Shown here: piece by piece, positions 1 to 14,500 of the stretch
How positions within the stretch are numbered: the stretch's first letter is position 1
Layout: every line of letters starts with the position of its first letter
Source: Tubulanus polymorphus
Lineage: Eukaryota > Animalia > Nemertea
Assembly (NCBI RefSeq): GCF_964204645.1
Contig: NC_134028.1
Coordinates: 1,116,001 to 1,180,000, forward strand
Length of the DNA: 64,000 nt
Direction: 5' to 3'
Translations under genes and position numbers: made by a program
Notes under the pieces: generated by a model
Told to the model about the DNA's origin: nothing
The model's database searches: none
Seen by the model: only the letters and a program-made list of their open reading frames with translations

Positions 1-383
1 ATTGCAGTCTCTATGGCTATAAGGGCTTCAAAAATCATAATTATTGATGTAAACGTACATTATCTATCTTCCAGGCTTCAAATGAATTCCGTCGAACGCA
101 GAATTTACTAGAAATTTCTTTATTCTACGCGTCAAAATAGAAATTTTCTAGACGTTGACCACCATTTTGAATGTACTATGTACTGACACGAACATAACGA
201 AAATCAAAGTCATTGACTGGTTGCCGGTTGAATTCTGCGCCACCACCCAAACAGTCGCGGTCAGTGCCCACGGCTTGCATCTAGTCTAGGATGGCTCCTA
301 TCCCACCAAGGGTTCCTAGACGGCCATTCCGAGTGCTCGAACCACAGAATATAAAACGAAAACTCAATTTCCATTGGTCCCAG

Positions 384-389
384 TTTATT
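384..389 (-). terminator. Probable poly(A) signal (AATAAA) of SLC38A10
   Basis: TTTATT on the + strand at 384-389, about 1 kb past the stop codon. Confidence 0.45.
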
Positions 390-518
390 ATAAAACACTT
401 TGAAAACACTTACATATCATCACTAAACCAGAGTAATGAATAAAAATATATACTGAATATTTTACAAATACACAAGAGAGGAACATTTATATATTATTAT
501 GTCTGAAGCGGGTAAAGC

Positions 519-659
519 CACAGGGACTCGTATCAGAGTTGTAGGTAATGTAAAAACGATAATCTGTTAATCCAATGTATAGTATATATAAAATAACTAT
601 ATACTATACATTGGATTAACAGATTATCGTTTTTACATTACCTACAACGAGTCCCTGTG
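519..659. mobile_element. Foldback/MITE-like element with 8-bp TSD
   Basis: Terminal inverted repeats CACAGGGACTCGT / ACGAGTCCCTGTG; inner ~52-bp perfect inverted repeat (about 538-589 vs 598-648); direct repeat GGTAAAGC at 511-518 and 660-667. Confidence 0.8.
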
Positions 660-1383
660 GGTAAAGCACAAAAATGCCTGAATTCTAAGAGATTTCAAAG
701 TCTGGGCACGAAATCTTATTTAACAGAGGTTTAGCCTAGCTGGTGCCAGAAAACACTGGGAGGAATGAACGCTTTTTGCTGCTTCAACTTATGAATTACC
801 ATCAAATGTATGAAACAAATGGATTGACATAGAACAACAGTTCCTATTTACATACATTGAATAATCAGCAGTTTTGTAATGCAAAGTTATACATATAGAA
901 AAAAACTACGTTTATCACAGAGCATCACAATATTCATTACATCAGGGATCCATTCACAACGTACAAAGATTCACCACTTTCCCTATATACACCTTGTTAA
1001 ATTTCGCTTACATAATTCATTAATGGCCTCTGATCAATATTCTTAGCACAGCGTGAAAAATCTGCTGGATTGTCACCAGCAGAAAGAGATAAGTCACTAT
1101 TTCACATGTATTTCTTGAGGAATCTTCTTTTTTAAAATCCAAAATTATGAAATTAAAATTTAGGCAGGTCTCAATTGAATATATTCCAGTTGATCAAGTA
1201 CGGATTACAAACTCTCTATCGGCTGCTACTATCAGGTTTACAGATTACTCTATTCTGGAATAGATAGAGCGTATTCTAGTCAAAACAAGTACACCATCAG
1301 GAGAATTGCGAAACCCGGTAGAGACCAACCTGAACATCATCAGGAACAGTAAACAATGGATGGATGAAGATGAGATAAAACTA

Positions 1384-4300
1384 TCAATGTTGAATCGGTT
1401 CATGTTTTGCAGCGTCACCTACGTTATTATTATTAATGTCTTTATTCGATAAATCGACAGGTTTTAAACCGTGTATTTTACCCGCACCATCCTCCGCAGC
1501 TGCACCTGCTATATTCGGTGCAGCGATATTGTTTTTATTCGTATCACCAATTTTGTTGATGTCGTTATTTAAGATTTTCTGAGCTTCGTTGATGATTTTT
1601 TCTTGCGCTTGCATTTTCTCAACGAGTTTCTGATTTTCTTGTATATTTTTCTGAATAGCGACTTTCGTAACTTGTTGCTGTTTGTCGCCGTGGGCTGCGA
1701 CGTCCTGTTTGATGACTTCCTCTGCAATATTCTTCTTAACGGGGTTCTCAACAACCTGCTGAACTACTGGGTTAGCCGGTTTGACCACTCCTCCAAGATT
1801 GACCCCTCCTGCCTGATTGACCGCTGCTGCAGGATTGACCGCTCCTGCTGGATTGACCACTGCTTCCTCGTTGACCGCTCCTGCCTGATTGACCACTCCT
1901 GCAGGATTGACCGCTGCTGCAGGATTGACTGCTCCAGCAGGATTGACCACTCCTCTAGGATTGACTGCTCCAGCAGGATTGACCCCTCCTGCAGGGTTGA
2001 CCACTCCAGCCGGATTGACCCCTCCTGCCTGGTTGACCACTCCAGCAGGATTGACCCCTCCCACTGGATTGACTGCTGCTGCTGCTTGGTTCCCAGCAGC
2101 AGGATCAATCTAAAAGGAAAATGTTTTTGTTCAAATCAAAAGCTGATGAGACGAGTAATAAATACCATCACACTATATATAAATAGTTATTATTCATACT
2201 GTGATCATTAGCATTATTAATATATTGAAATCTGCGGCAGTTTGTGTAGTATAGATTATACTTGGGCAGTTCATTAGTCTCAAACCTCCACAGGGTCTAG
2301 TATTCAATCTAGTAAACAGTCCCGGGCGGGGTTCACACCTCCACAGGGTCTAGTATTCAATCTAGTAAACAGTCCCGGGGTTCACACCTCCACAGGGTCT
2401 AGTATTCAATCTAGTAAACAGTCCCGGGGTTCACACCTCCACAGGGTCTAGTATTCAATCTAGTAAACAGTCCCGGGCTGGGTTCACACCTCCACAGGGT
2501 CTAGTATTCAATCTAGTATACAGTCCCGGGCTGGGTTCACACCTCCACAGGGTCTAGTATTCAATCTAGTAAACAGTCCCGGGGTTCACACCTCCACAGG
2601 GTCTAGTATTCAATCTAGTATACAGTCCCGGGCTGGGTTCACACCTCCACAGGGTCTAGTATTCAATCTAGTAAACAGTCCCGGGGTTCACACCTCCACA
2701 GGGTCTAGTATTCAATCTAGTATACAGTCCCGGGGTTCACACCTCCACAGGGTCTAGTATTCAATCTAGTATACAGTCCCGGAGTTATTGAGTTTAACAA
2801 ACCTTTTCATTTTCTTTATGGTCCTCTTTATGTTGTTTTAATTCCTTCAATATCTGTTTCTGTTCGACCAATAGTTGTTTTTGTTCTTCTTGTTGTTTTT
2901 CTAACTTTTTAATCAGTTCGTGTTGTTGCTCTTCTAGAGGCTGAACGATCAAAATACAATAACAATCAGTAAACACTAACGAGCCGATCGTAAACAGCTT
3001 TATTCTTGAGGCTTACCTTTTTCTCTTCCTCATTTTTCTTCGCCTCTGGTGGCGCCTTAAGTCCGAGTTTAGCTTCCGTAACTGGCTCCTGTTTATCTAT
3101 AACAACATCCTTCTAAAAATAAACAATGACAACGAATGCCTTAAAAACTGATTTCAAATTTCAGACTTGAACAGAGTACCGGTATATATAGCCTATTGTA
3201 GAATTTTGAGGTTGTAAGTTTTACCAAATAGTGACCATCCGTTTTCAGAGTTAAGCAGGGTCCACAGTGACCACTAACTGAACTCTAACAACGGTATGAT
3301 CAGTTTATACGACCGATGTATGATCAGGGATTGTAAAACTTACAAGTTTTTCATTTGGTTTCTGATCTTTTTCTGACTCATCTGGCGGGTGCGGTATCAC
3401 TGGTTCCAGGCGTTTTTCGTTTCCTGCATCCACTGCAACTAAAAATCAAATCAAAGGTCAGTTTCTAAATTTCAAATTTCATCAAGAGATCCGTACAGAT
3501 GATATATACCTGGTTTTTCTTCAGGTTTTGCTATTTTCTCGACTTCATTCTTTAGTTGTAGGTCATTCTGCTGTTTTAAGTCTATATGAAATTCAATATA
3601 GTTATATTAGACTGATAATGAGTGAAAGGTTACACGTAGAATACAGAAGTCTATTTTCTATAACTCTTAATGTAAACTTCCCTATCACTTCTTGAACTAT
3701 CTCATAGTTGCCAAAGAGCTATTACAAAATCAGCCATTGTTCAAAACTGACCAAAGAGTATTGAGAATGAAGTTGTTCGCATTTCCAGCCGATCACGAAC
3801 CGTGTCATCACGTACTGTGTGTCACAGTGCAATAAGAAGGATAATCTATGAGATAACTCGTAGGGGCAATGATGGAGGAACTGGAATAATGAGATATCGC
3901 CCAGCCAGCAGCAAACATGTCATTCATGTTACCTGGTTTATTTCTGACTATATCAGCAGGATTGGTAATCGGTGGTTGTTGAATTGGAATGTTGTCTGGT
4001 TTGTTGTTATTAGGTTGTACGGGGTCTTGCTGTGATTTATCATGCGACATCAATGTAGTATATGTACTAGCTAACAGTAACGTTACTCCCAGAAACAAAA
4101 CAAACTGAAACAACAAGAGTTTTTAATTTACTGAGCCATTGAGATTTTACTCAATGTAGCCATTCAGTACAGTTCACTCCTTCCTCTTAACACGAATGCA
4201 TCTGGTTGCAAAGAACTTTTTGAGTCTAATGTGAAGCGAAATTATTATTTACATCATAATTTAGTTTCCATTTACCTGTGCTGAAGATTTACTGATTTTA

Positions 4301-6795
4301 CTGTTTGACATGACACTGATGAACATAATAGCGGGAAATATAAAACAGATCAGTGAACCCATCGTTGAACCGGTTAAACCAAGTATAAACTCAACTGCAA
4401 TTACAAAACAGTCATCAGTTACAGAATGAGTGTCACTAACATTCATATAGTTGGATCGTTTTATAAATTCTAAACGTCTTTTTTCCCAAAAACTTACCCT
4501 TAGGCACCATTATACCAATAATGAGCGTAAGACCTATGATAGCGAGCGTAATAATTCTAAACTTTCCCTCAGGAATACGAACAACTCCACCGATATTTTC
4601 ATGATGGTGAGCTGGTTGCTGAAACGAGACGAAACCAAAATCAATCGAGATATCGAATTACTGCTATTGTACTTTTCGCATTATTGCATCCCTCGTTTGA
4701 CAAAATGTATCAGAGTTTATCGGAGCACTTACCTCAGCAAATAGTAATGTATATATACTAGCCCTGCACGGGAAAATGCATAACGGGAAACTGACAGCAA
4801 CCGACAAAACGAAACCAAACTTTATTGCTTCAGAAATTATAGTCGGTTTAAAATGCATGAGAATATCTCCTAATATCACCTGAGCGTCACAGTACGCGAT
4901 ATAACCAAAAAATCCAACCTATAAATAGATAACCGGTTATCAGAAATGAATATTTCTACCAATACTGATTGGTACAGGGTCCCTACAGATCGGTCATTCC
5001 TGGATATAAGGAGTTTTCAAGGAGAAAACTTCAAGGAAGTGTCTGCATCACTTTCATATCCCAATTACTGTAGATTCCGCCAAAATCACAACTAGGCCTA
5101 TTCATCTCAGTAAACCATCAATTTGGTGGTTTTGTAAGCACAATTTTATCCTTACATTAACTAAACTTAGTTTCTAATTTGGTAACCACCTAATTGGGTG
5201 AAGGAAAACTCCTGGTCCCAAGTGGACCGAATACGGCGTACTAGGTCAGCTACTATACCACTACAAACATTTCTAGTTGCTTATTTCTCAACGTTGAAGG
5301 AGTTTTGGGCACTTTTAAAAGCATTTTCTGTTAAGGAGGAGTTTTAAGGAATCGAGGAGTCGTAGGAACTCTGTAATGTGAATTGATACTTACAGCGAGA
5401 TACACAGAAGTACACATGCCGACCGCACTGCGTATTATACTGTTCATCTGTTTTAAAGATGGATCTGGCAGTGCATCGTACATTACAAATAACTGACTAC
5501 AAAACCAATAGTTTAAACGCAAATATTACATTTAAATTCAATGAAAATCAATGAGGAATAAATGAATTAATGATCAATACTTACGTCTGGCATCCGAACG
5601 CCAGAGCAAATATCGGGACACAACGAAAGACTCCCTCCGGTCTCCAGAAATTCACTTTATTTATCCACGCTCCCGACCAGATCTGAGGGAACGCGCTGCC
5701 AAATATCTACAGATAATTACAACAATTAGAAACTATTCACTTAATAACTTAAAGGAATAACTTATAACTTAATTTTATGAAGTCAACCAAAATTCTCTTT
5801 TTCTTACCTGCGCGACAAAAACGGAATAAAATCCGATAGAAAGCGCGCTAACGTTGTTCAAACTTTCGATGTTTCGCAATAGACCCAACGGTGCAACGAC
5901 GCAACACGCTAACACTAAAAGCAGGAATGCACGAAGGGTCTGCGTATTCTAGAATATAGAAAACGATCATTGATAAAAGAATTCGATGACATGAAATCTT
6001 TAAGATTTGAGATTTATTTTACTTACTGGAACACTAAAAGCTTTACTGATGATATTCGGCCCCAAATCACCAATAATAACATGGAATGCTATCATCGAAC
6101 CAATCAGCATACCAATAGTACTAAAATCATTAACAACAACACCATTCGAATTAAACTTAGGAAATATTTGAAAACTTGTCAATTTCCAATTATTCTTTCT
6201 CTTACCAAACTTCCACAGCAAGTTTTCCGGCAGCACCAAATGTATGCTGAGCTACAAGGCAAAAATCAAAACTAATGCGATGTTTTCAAAGGGTCGGTAT
6301 ATTAGATGTTTTTTTACCGTAACTCACCTAAAAATTCGTATGATCGTCTTTTCGAAGCGAATGCGGCACGCATGAGTAGAGTGCAGGAGATTTCAGTGAT
6401 TGTCGCGCTTCCTAATAGTAATATCGTGCCCAGTATAATACCAACCTACAATTCATTTAAAACACAATCCACAAGTGTAAGTTAAACTTAAATCTAAATG
6501 GACTTATTTTGACTGAGGTTTCATGAACTCAAAAGCATATTTGAGGAGTAGGACCAGTTGCTGGAAACTTGGTGAAAGTTAAGCGATGTATTGCCATGAT
6601 GACAATTGAAATAGCATTCCTCCACGGCAGCTATCTCTAAACCACTAACCACCAACTGATTAATGAGCAACTAGATAATGATGCTAGGGGAATGTTTGAA
6701 TGTATTACCTGATGAAAACAGAATGGCATTGCCAGCACACTGACTCCTATAATGCTGTTCCCTAAATTGATAATATACGGCAATGACCCAGCCAT
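1384..6795 (-). CDS. SLC38A10: SLC38A10-like putative sodium-coupled neutral amino acid transporter, 16 coding exons, ~811 aa
   Basis: Exons read by eye with GT-AG ends: 6709-6795, 6328-6445, 6206-6251, 6027-6120, 5808-5948, 5585-5706, 5394-5496, 4733-4918, 4498-4618, 4276-4394, 3933-4104, 3510-3581, 3344-3438, 3017-3112, 2803-2940, 1384-2109 (sum 2436 nt, in frame). Motifs: NSIIGVSVLAMPFCF, RRSYEFLA, AFHVIIGDLGP, PIFALAFGCQTQLF, SFPLCIFPCRASI, LGLTGSTMGSLICFIFPA, and the coiled-coil tail LEEQQHELIKKLEKQQEEQKQLL typical of SLC38A10. A probable non-coding first exon ends near 7182. Confidence 0.92.
1786..2073 (-). repeat. Coding 18-bp tandem repeat (16 x VNP/QAGx) in last SLC38A10 exon
   Basis: Unit like GATTGACCACTCCTGCAG on +; translates on - as VNPAGV/VNQAGG/VNPAAA. 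It explains the overlapping ORFs in the other frames. Confidence 0.92.
2279..2782. repeat. Intronic minisatellite, 10 units of 49/53 bp
   Basis: Unit TTCACACCTCCACAGGGTCTAGTATTCAATCTAGTA(A/T)ACAGTCCCGGG(+/-4 nt)G, in the last SLC38A10 intron. Confidence 0.95.
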
Positions 6796-8322
6796 TCTTA
6801 ATCTCATCTCTTCTTCTTTATAGTCTCAATTAACTGTAAAATACAAAATACATTTTCAATCATCGCCAGTGGAAGGAATTAGGGGGAAGGGAACTCCAGA
6901 GAGGTCGGTCTTTATTCAAAATCAACTGAACAGTTAGACTGATTCCCGCGCGCACAGGCCCAGCAAACAACAGTTTTAAATGAATGAATAGAACAAACTA
7001 GATTTGCGTCAAGGGTTCTTAAACATCTACCTAAATGATGCGGAACAGATGAAATAGTGACAAGAGCAGAACCACCAAGAGGCAAGACACCAAAATTCTT
7101 CTTCGACTTCGTCGTCGTCGTTCGGTGAATTTTGTTTTGCTACTCCTCCTCCTAGCTTTTCTTATCACTGTTGCTGCTCACCTCAATAATGTGAAAACAT
7201 CCCTCACAGCATAAATCATCAGTTTCCAGTGATTATCAGATACTACGTCATGTTTGAAATATATCTGTCACAACATATGAACTTCGCAATCCAAATAGCA
7301 GTGACACGAAGTAAACACCGTACGGTGGCGCCATCACAGTTATTTTGCCGGACACCGACACGGACATTTTAAAGCAGAATGATTGTGCCTCGGCCCGACT
7401 AACCGGACTCTCTGCGGTCGTGTTGACTCCTCCATTCATTATTCAAGTACGCTCAAGTATGACTGACATGCACAAAATAAATACGAGTGAATTTTTTTCA
7501 AGACCGGTTTTTTCTGAGAAGGTTAACAAGTTTTGGCCCACCCACTGATTCCAGGGAAAATTAGTGTGCCCTAGGCGCAAAAAGCCGGCCCGATCGCTTT
7601 GTAGCGGGGGCCGGCGCTGTGGGACGGAACAACCAGTTCATAAGACTCAAATACGAATAAGTATCAAACAAACAGGTGCCAAAGTAAATAGCTATGTGAA
7701 TTTTACCTTATTTGGTAATGTTCTGATTTTTATTTGCTCGTGGTCACAATCACTCGAACTCAATCGGACTTTCCGTGATAAGATTACGGCGCGGCGGGGT
7801 CTTACTCCAGTTGTTGAGTGCCTGGAAATCAGAGATAGAGTCGTCGAAATGATTGAGATGTTTCACCGTGGACAACTAACTTGAATGTTATTGCTGATTG
7901 AACAAGCCCTTATCTCAAAGCCCAGAAAGAAAATTTAACCCAAATTCAATTTTACTGCGGTGGTCGACTGAGACCGAAATTGTCTTAATAAGAAAATTAA
8001 TTTAAGCATCCAAATAATTTCAGCTTCAACTGCGGCATCTAAAGCCAAAGGAGACGTTAAAATGTCGCGTGAACATATTTCACGATTTAAACATTAAACA
8101 TAATTCGCATTGAACTACAACTAGACTTCTAAAGAGCTGAACTATTGCATACGACTTAGTTCGACGAAGCTCGCGGTTCATGAGTCTGACTTCACAATGA
8201 GCGGGTTCGTGTTTAGCCATGAGTGAATACGTAATTGTACTGCTTAATTCCTTAATTGAACTGGCGTGATTTTCCAATACTAATAATAATCGATGCCTAG
8301 CATTGGTGATTCATCGAGATGT

Positions 8323-8434
8323 CCATATAAGGAGATCGTTCCTGGAATCAGACGCCTTGGATTAATACCGGTTCCCTTATATGGAGCGATCCTCGGTTAC
8401 TCACGTGCCGGAGACGTAGCGCGTACTATATAAA
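8323..8434 (+). promoter_or_regulatory. Actin promoter: two CArG (SRF) boxes, E-box, TATA box
   Basis: CCATATAAGG 8323-8332, CCTTATATGG 8375-8384, CACGTG 8402-8407, TATATAAA 8427-8434, about 90 bp upstream of the actin ATG. Confidence 0.88.
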
Positions 8435-8514
8435 GCACAATACAATCGTAGAGGCGTTGCCAGACACGAGCTCGACAGTGTGCAGTTATTATCCGTGGAC
8501 ATCCCGTTTGTTAA

Positions 8515-10224
<1,710 letters not shown>

Positions 10225-10656
10225 ACATGATCTCATGAGTTCCGACGCGGCTCTGAACTCAGCGCATTTCATGACACGCGATCGAGGAGATTGTAGTAAT
10301 TCTGTGATGATAGAAAAAACAGAACAGCGAATTCAAACAATCAGTTATAAATCTCTCTCAAACTCAACTCTGATTATCTCCGTGTGAAGAACATCAATTT
10401 TATACGAACTTGATTTTTATATAGAAACCGAATGACTTGAAACTAATGTGATTCCTGACTAAGCTACTTAAACATGTCTCAAAACCCGGCGAGTGATTTA
10501 CAATTAACTCTCTTTAAATACAATGATAACTTGTAGGAATTTGAATCGATTCATTGTTGTTTCATTTTGTCGAGCATTTTGTTGTATTTTTTAAATGATG
10601 ATGCATTTAGATTAAAATGCCTGCTGTAATTCTTGCTAAACAATTTTGTATTCTTC

Positions 10657-10662
10657 AATAAA
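10657..10662 (+). terminator. Actin poly(A) signal
   Basis: AATAAA about 430 nt after the stop, followed by T-rich sequence. Confidence 0.6.
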
Positions 10663-11095
10663 TTTGTTTTATTAATTTTATTTCGAGTTCATTCCGTTTT
10701 CGAGTTTAATCAGGACTATGGGGATTGATGATTTTGTGTATACAGTCGACACTAATGAGATTCAAGGAACCACAAGATTTTGCCTTCTATATCTTATATT
10801 TGTTAAGGCTTAGATGTTCAAACAATTATCCATCACGTTTCAACCCCTTCACTTCAGACCTTGACAATTGGAGAAATGTAATTATCAGAAATCTGGCATT
10901 TGTAGGAAATTTAGGAGAATTCGTAGAATGTTTCAGAGTGAGGGGGTGGCAAGGTACCACCTATCCTATTGCTGCAACCTAACATCAGATCGAAGGTTCA
11001 TTCATGATCAGACCGAGAACCAAACCACCAGTAGTATATCAGAAATCCAGTAGATGGCGAATGCAGCTGCATCATCACCTCAGAATAAGTCTAAC

Positions 11096-11135
11096 CATGG
11101 ACGTATAAACTAGATTTCTAGTTCATACGTCCATG
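11096..11135. mobile_element. 40-bp palindromic transposon remnant with 7-bp TSD (P-element-like footprint)
   Basis: GTCTAAC [CATGGACGTATAAACTAGA TT TCTAGTTCATACGTCCATG] GTCTAAC; same termini as 49758-49789. Confidence 0.8.
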
Positions 11136-11500
11136 GTCTAACACCGACCTCTAAAGTCTATTAAACCAAACCTGATGAATTTTACAAATATTTCATAGAA
11201 CAAACAAGTAATTATGATCAGATATACAAGTTGCATTATCATAAATAAATAATAATATAAAATCTACACAAATGACAATCACTTACATCTCTCTTCATTC
11301 AGTATTATCAGCAGACGTGGGGTAATTAAATCAAGGAGCAAAGATCGAACGAATTACCTTATCAAATGTAGATAGATATGAATTGTTTTGGCAGGTGATC
11401 CCAAATCGATGCCCTCCTGTAGTTAGGTCTGGGAGACGGCCTCCCTGAGTTAAGAGTAGATATTACAATCAGTTTAACCAATAAAGGTTCGCTAACATTT

Positions 11501-14500
11501 TTAAAGATTTGATTTCATGATGTTTTCAATGTCAAACATGCTGTTTGGAGACGATAGATTTTGTCCACCGTCGATGACGACAGTTTCACCAGTAATTAAT
11601 GATCCTCCGTCTGATAACAAGAACAACACGGCGTTAGCAATTTCATTTCTCTTTCCGGCTCGTTGTAACGGAATGTTTTTCATATACATATCAAATATCT
11701 CTCCTTTCAGTTGCTTTCCACCTGAAATAACAAATAATTCAGTATTTAGTGTAAGTTTTCAACAACTGAGGCCAGTAGAAGTCGAGAGCTGGTTAATGTT
11801 AACTATCAGTCACTATATCAGTAACGCACTGGTAAATTTTAAACATCTTGAGGTACACACCACACCACGGTATTCAACTGCACACCACAGTGATAACTAG
11901 CTGACCATATGCAGTTGTTTGGCCCGGCTGCCCTGCCACTCAACTATCATTTCTACCTCTTACCTAGTTTTCTGTAACCTTCCGTATCCGCAATAGGACC
12001 TGGAGCCACACCTACTACACGAATTCCAAGTGGTCCCCATTCACATGCCAAATGTTTCGTCAAAGCATCTAAAAAAACATAAAAGTTTCATGGTCATGGA
12101 ATTCTGAAGAATGGACTGTGATGTGTGAGGCATGCGATCACTTATGAAGGTCATCATTTCAAATGAAACAGTAGCATGCATCAAATCAATGACGAATATC
12201 CAGCAAACTACTAAACTACATAGGCCTACCTATTGCAGCTTTTGCGGCACCAGCATGAGCCTGTAATACATTGCCTCTGTAGTGCAATGTTGCCGAAATA
12301 TTCAGGATGACTCCTCCATTTTTCTGAAAAATACAAAGCCAAGAAATATCATAGCTATTAGTCAATGCTCTCAACACAGTACCGCTCAACTTTTAGTAAA
12401 CATTTTCTTCAAATGGATACCGTAGAAACCTAATAAAATGACCCCTCGGCGTATGGGTAATTCTATAGAAGAATGAAATGACTATTGATACATGTTTAGG
12501 AGGACCTGGTAATCAAATTTGAAATACGTAAATATTGGTTTTCAATCTCGGTCCCGGGTAGGGGGACAATAGTATAACACAAAAACCTCTTAAACTCATT
12601 GAAAACCACTCAGACACTCGCACAGACGAAAAAATTAAACATGAATAGTATTTATAACATATATATCCGTCAACAGATGTCACTGTCTGACGAAACCGGT
12701 ATGAAACACATTGTTTTTCGAATTTCTCTTTAACTGCAGTCGCGTATTTCATGAATATTGATTTGAAGAGGGCTGCACCACCTGTGAACGCACAATACTC
12801 TCTATAGCTCTGCAATAGCTTCCATATATAGGAACCCGCTCCACCGCGCAGGGTCATCACGAACAAACGGATATCGCGTTTTTGTCACGGACCAGACACT
12901 CGAAGGGTGTGTCTGTATTTACCGCGATTCGTGACTCTTATTCGTGGCTTATATCGAAAACAACTCGGATATCGATCTGGTTTTTAGGATTTACGCGTAC
13001 ATCTGATCGAAAGAAATTAAAATTGACGTAATAGTGAATTATCGTCTTTATTTATTGGAATGTATTCAACACTTCTGTAGAAACGAAAGGATATTTTAAG
13101 ACACACGCATCATATGGATGAGTTTGCGTAAACAAATACTAATCTTCTAGATGACTCTGCAACGCTGTATTTTATACCACTGACTACGAGTGAGATGTAA
13201 TGACTAATAAGACACAAACGAAAACAATGCACATATACTCGAGAGTTCGCTTAGAAAACAATCGAAAACCTTCCGAGTGTTTTAACGCCGAACCACACTG
13301 GTGCCGAGTGGTGAGATGGTAGACCGGAAAAAATAGAACGCGGAACCTATAAGCCAGAGTGTACTAGCAGCATCACTCTCTCTTCATACATAGAGACATG
13401 GAGAGGTCGCTGGCTTATTACAGGGAAACCTGAATCCAAATCATTTGTGATAACTACTTGTATTCAACGCATGAATACATTAACAGTATAAGTATGACTG
13501 CATGAAAGAGAAAACAAAGCATTGTGATATATACTTCAAATCATTCCTTGAAAGTTTTGACGGTTTATAAGTCTGTGATTCGGCGCGATTTCAATATGGA
13601 TAAAATCGATAATAATAATGGTTTGGAAACGTTGGACATCGACGTCAAACAGAAACTATTGAATCGGTTAAAACAGAACAGTTCGCCGCGATGCTTCGAT
13701 AAGATGACAAACCTGGAGGATAACTTACTACGAGCGGTCAGTACGAAATTCGACAAGATACACGAACAGAAACTGGAGGCGATCGGGATCCTCGAAGAGT
13801 TGAAACTACACGAGGACAACAGCATCAACAGCGAGAAGAATCGTCTGGCGAAAGAGCGCGAAAATAAAGCCGAACGAATCGAGAAATTAGAGAGGAACGT
13901 TCACGAGTTGAAACAATCGGTAGAATTTCATTTCAAATTGACGAGTATAATGCGCTGGAAAATAGACGGGTTGAATAAAGAGCTCGACGATACATCCGAC
14001 AAAATGGACGATTTATCGTCCGATTATTACGACATCAAACGCGAGCAAATCGAAGAGAAACTTCACAGCATGAAAAACAACCTGATCGTTTTCGGACTTT
14101 ACGAAGCGAATCACGAAGTGACAGAGAACGCCGTGCGTAATTTCTTCCAGGATCAGTTGAACGTTCGTTACGCTCATATGATAGAACTGTGCGACGTTTA
14201 CAGATTCGGTAAAATTGGCGGCCATCGCCCGCGTCCGATTCTCGTTAAATTCCAACATTTCCGCGACCGCGAACACGTGAAACGAATGGCGCCGAATTTA
14301 CGCAACACGTCGTACGCGATCAGCGAACAATTCCCGAAAGAAATCCAGGAATATCGGAAAAAGTTGTATCCGGTGATGAAAGAGGCGCGGCAACTCAACT
14401 GTAAGGTCGTGCTACGCGTCGATTGTTTGTGGATCGATGGTGAGTTATACGACGGCGCCGGGCCCGCGCCCATAGGGCTCAATAACGACTGGGATTATAC

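Noticed and set aside
1569-2211. Overlapping ORFs (202, 114, 74, 61 aa)
   Set aside because: Alternative frames of the 18-bp coding repeat. Only the VNPAG frame is in phase with the upstream SLC38A10 exon.
3808-3932. In-frame read-through of SLC38A10 exon 11 giving a short isoform
   Set aside because: A good donor (CAG|GTAACA) exists at 3933, the extra ~41 codons have no recognisable features, and there is no transcript evidence.
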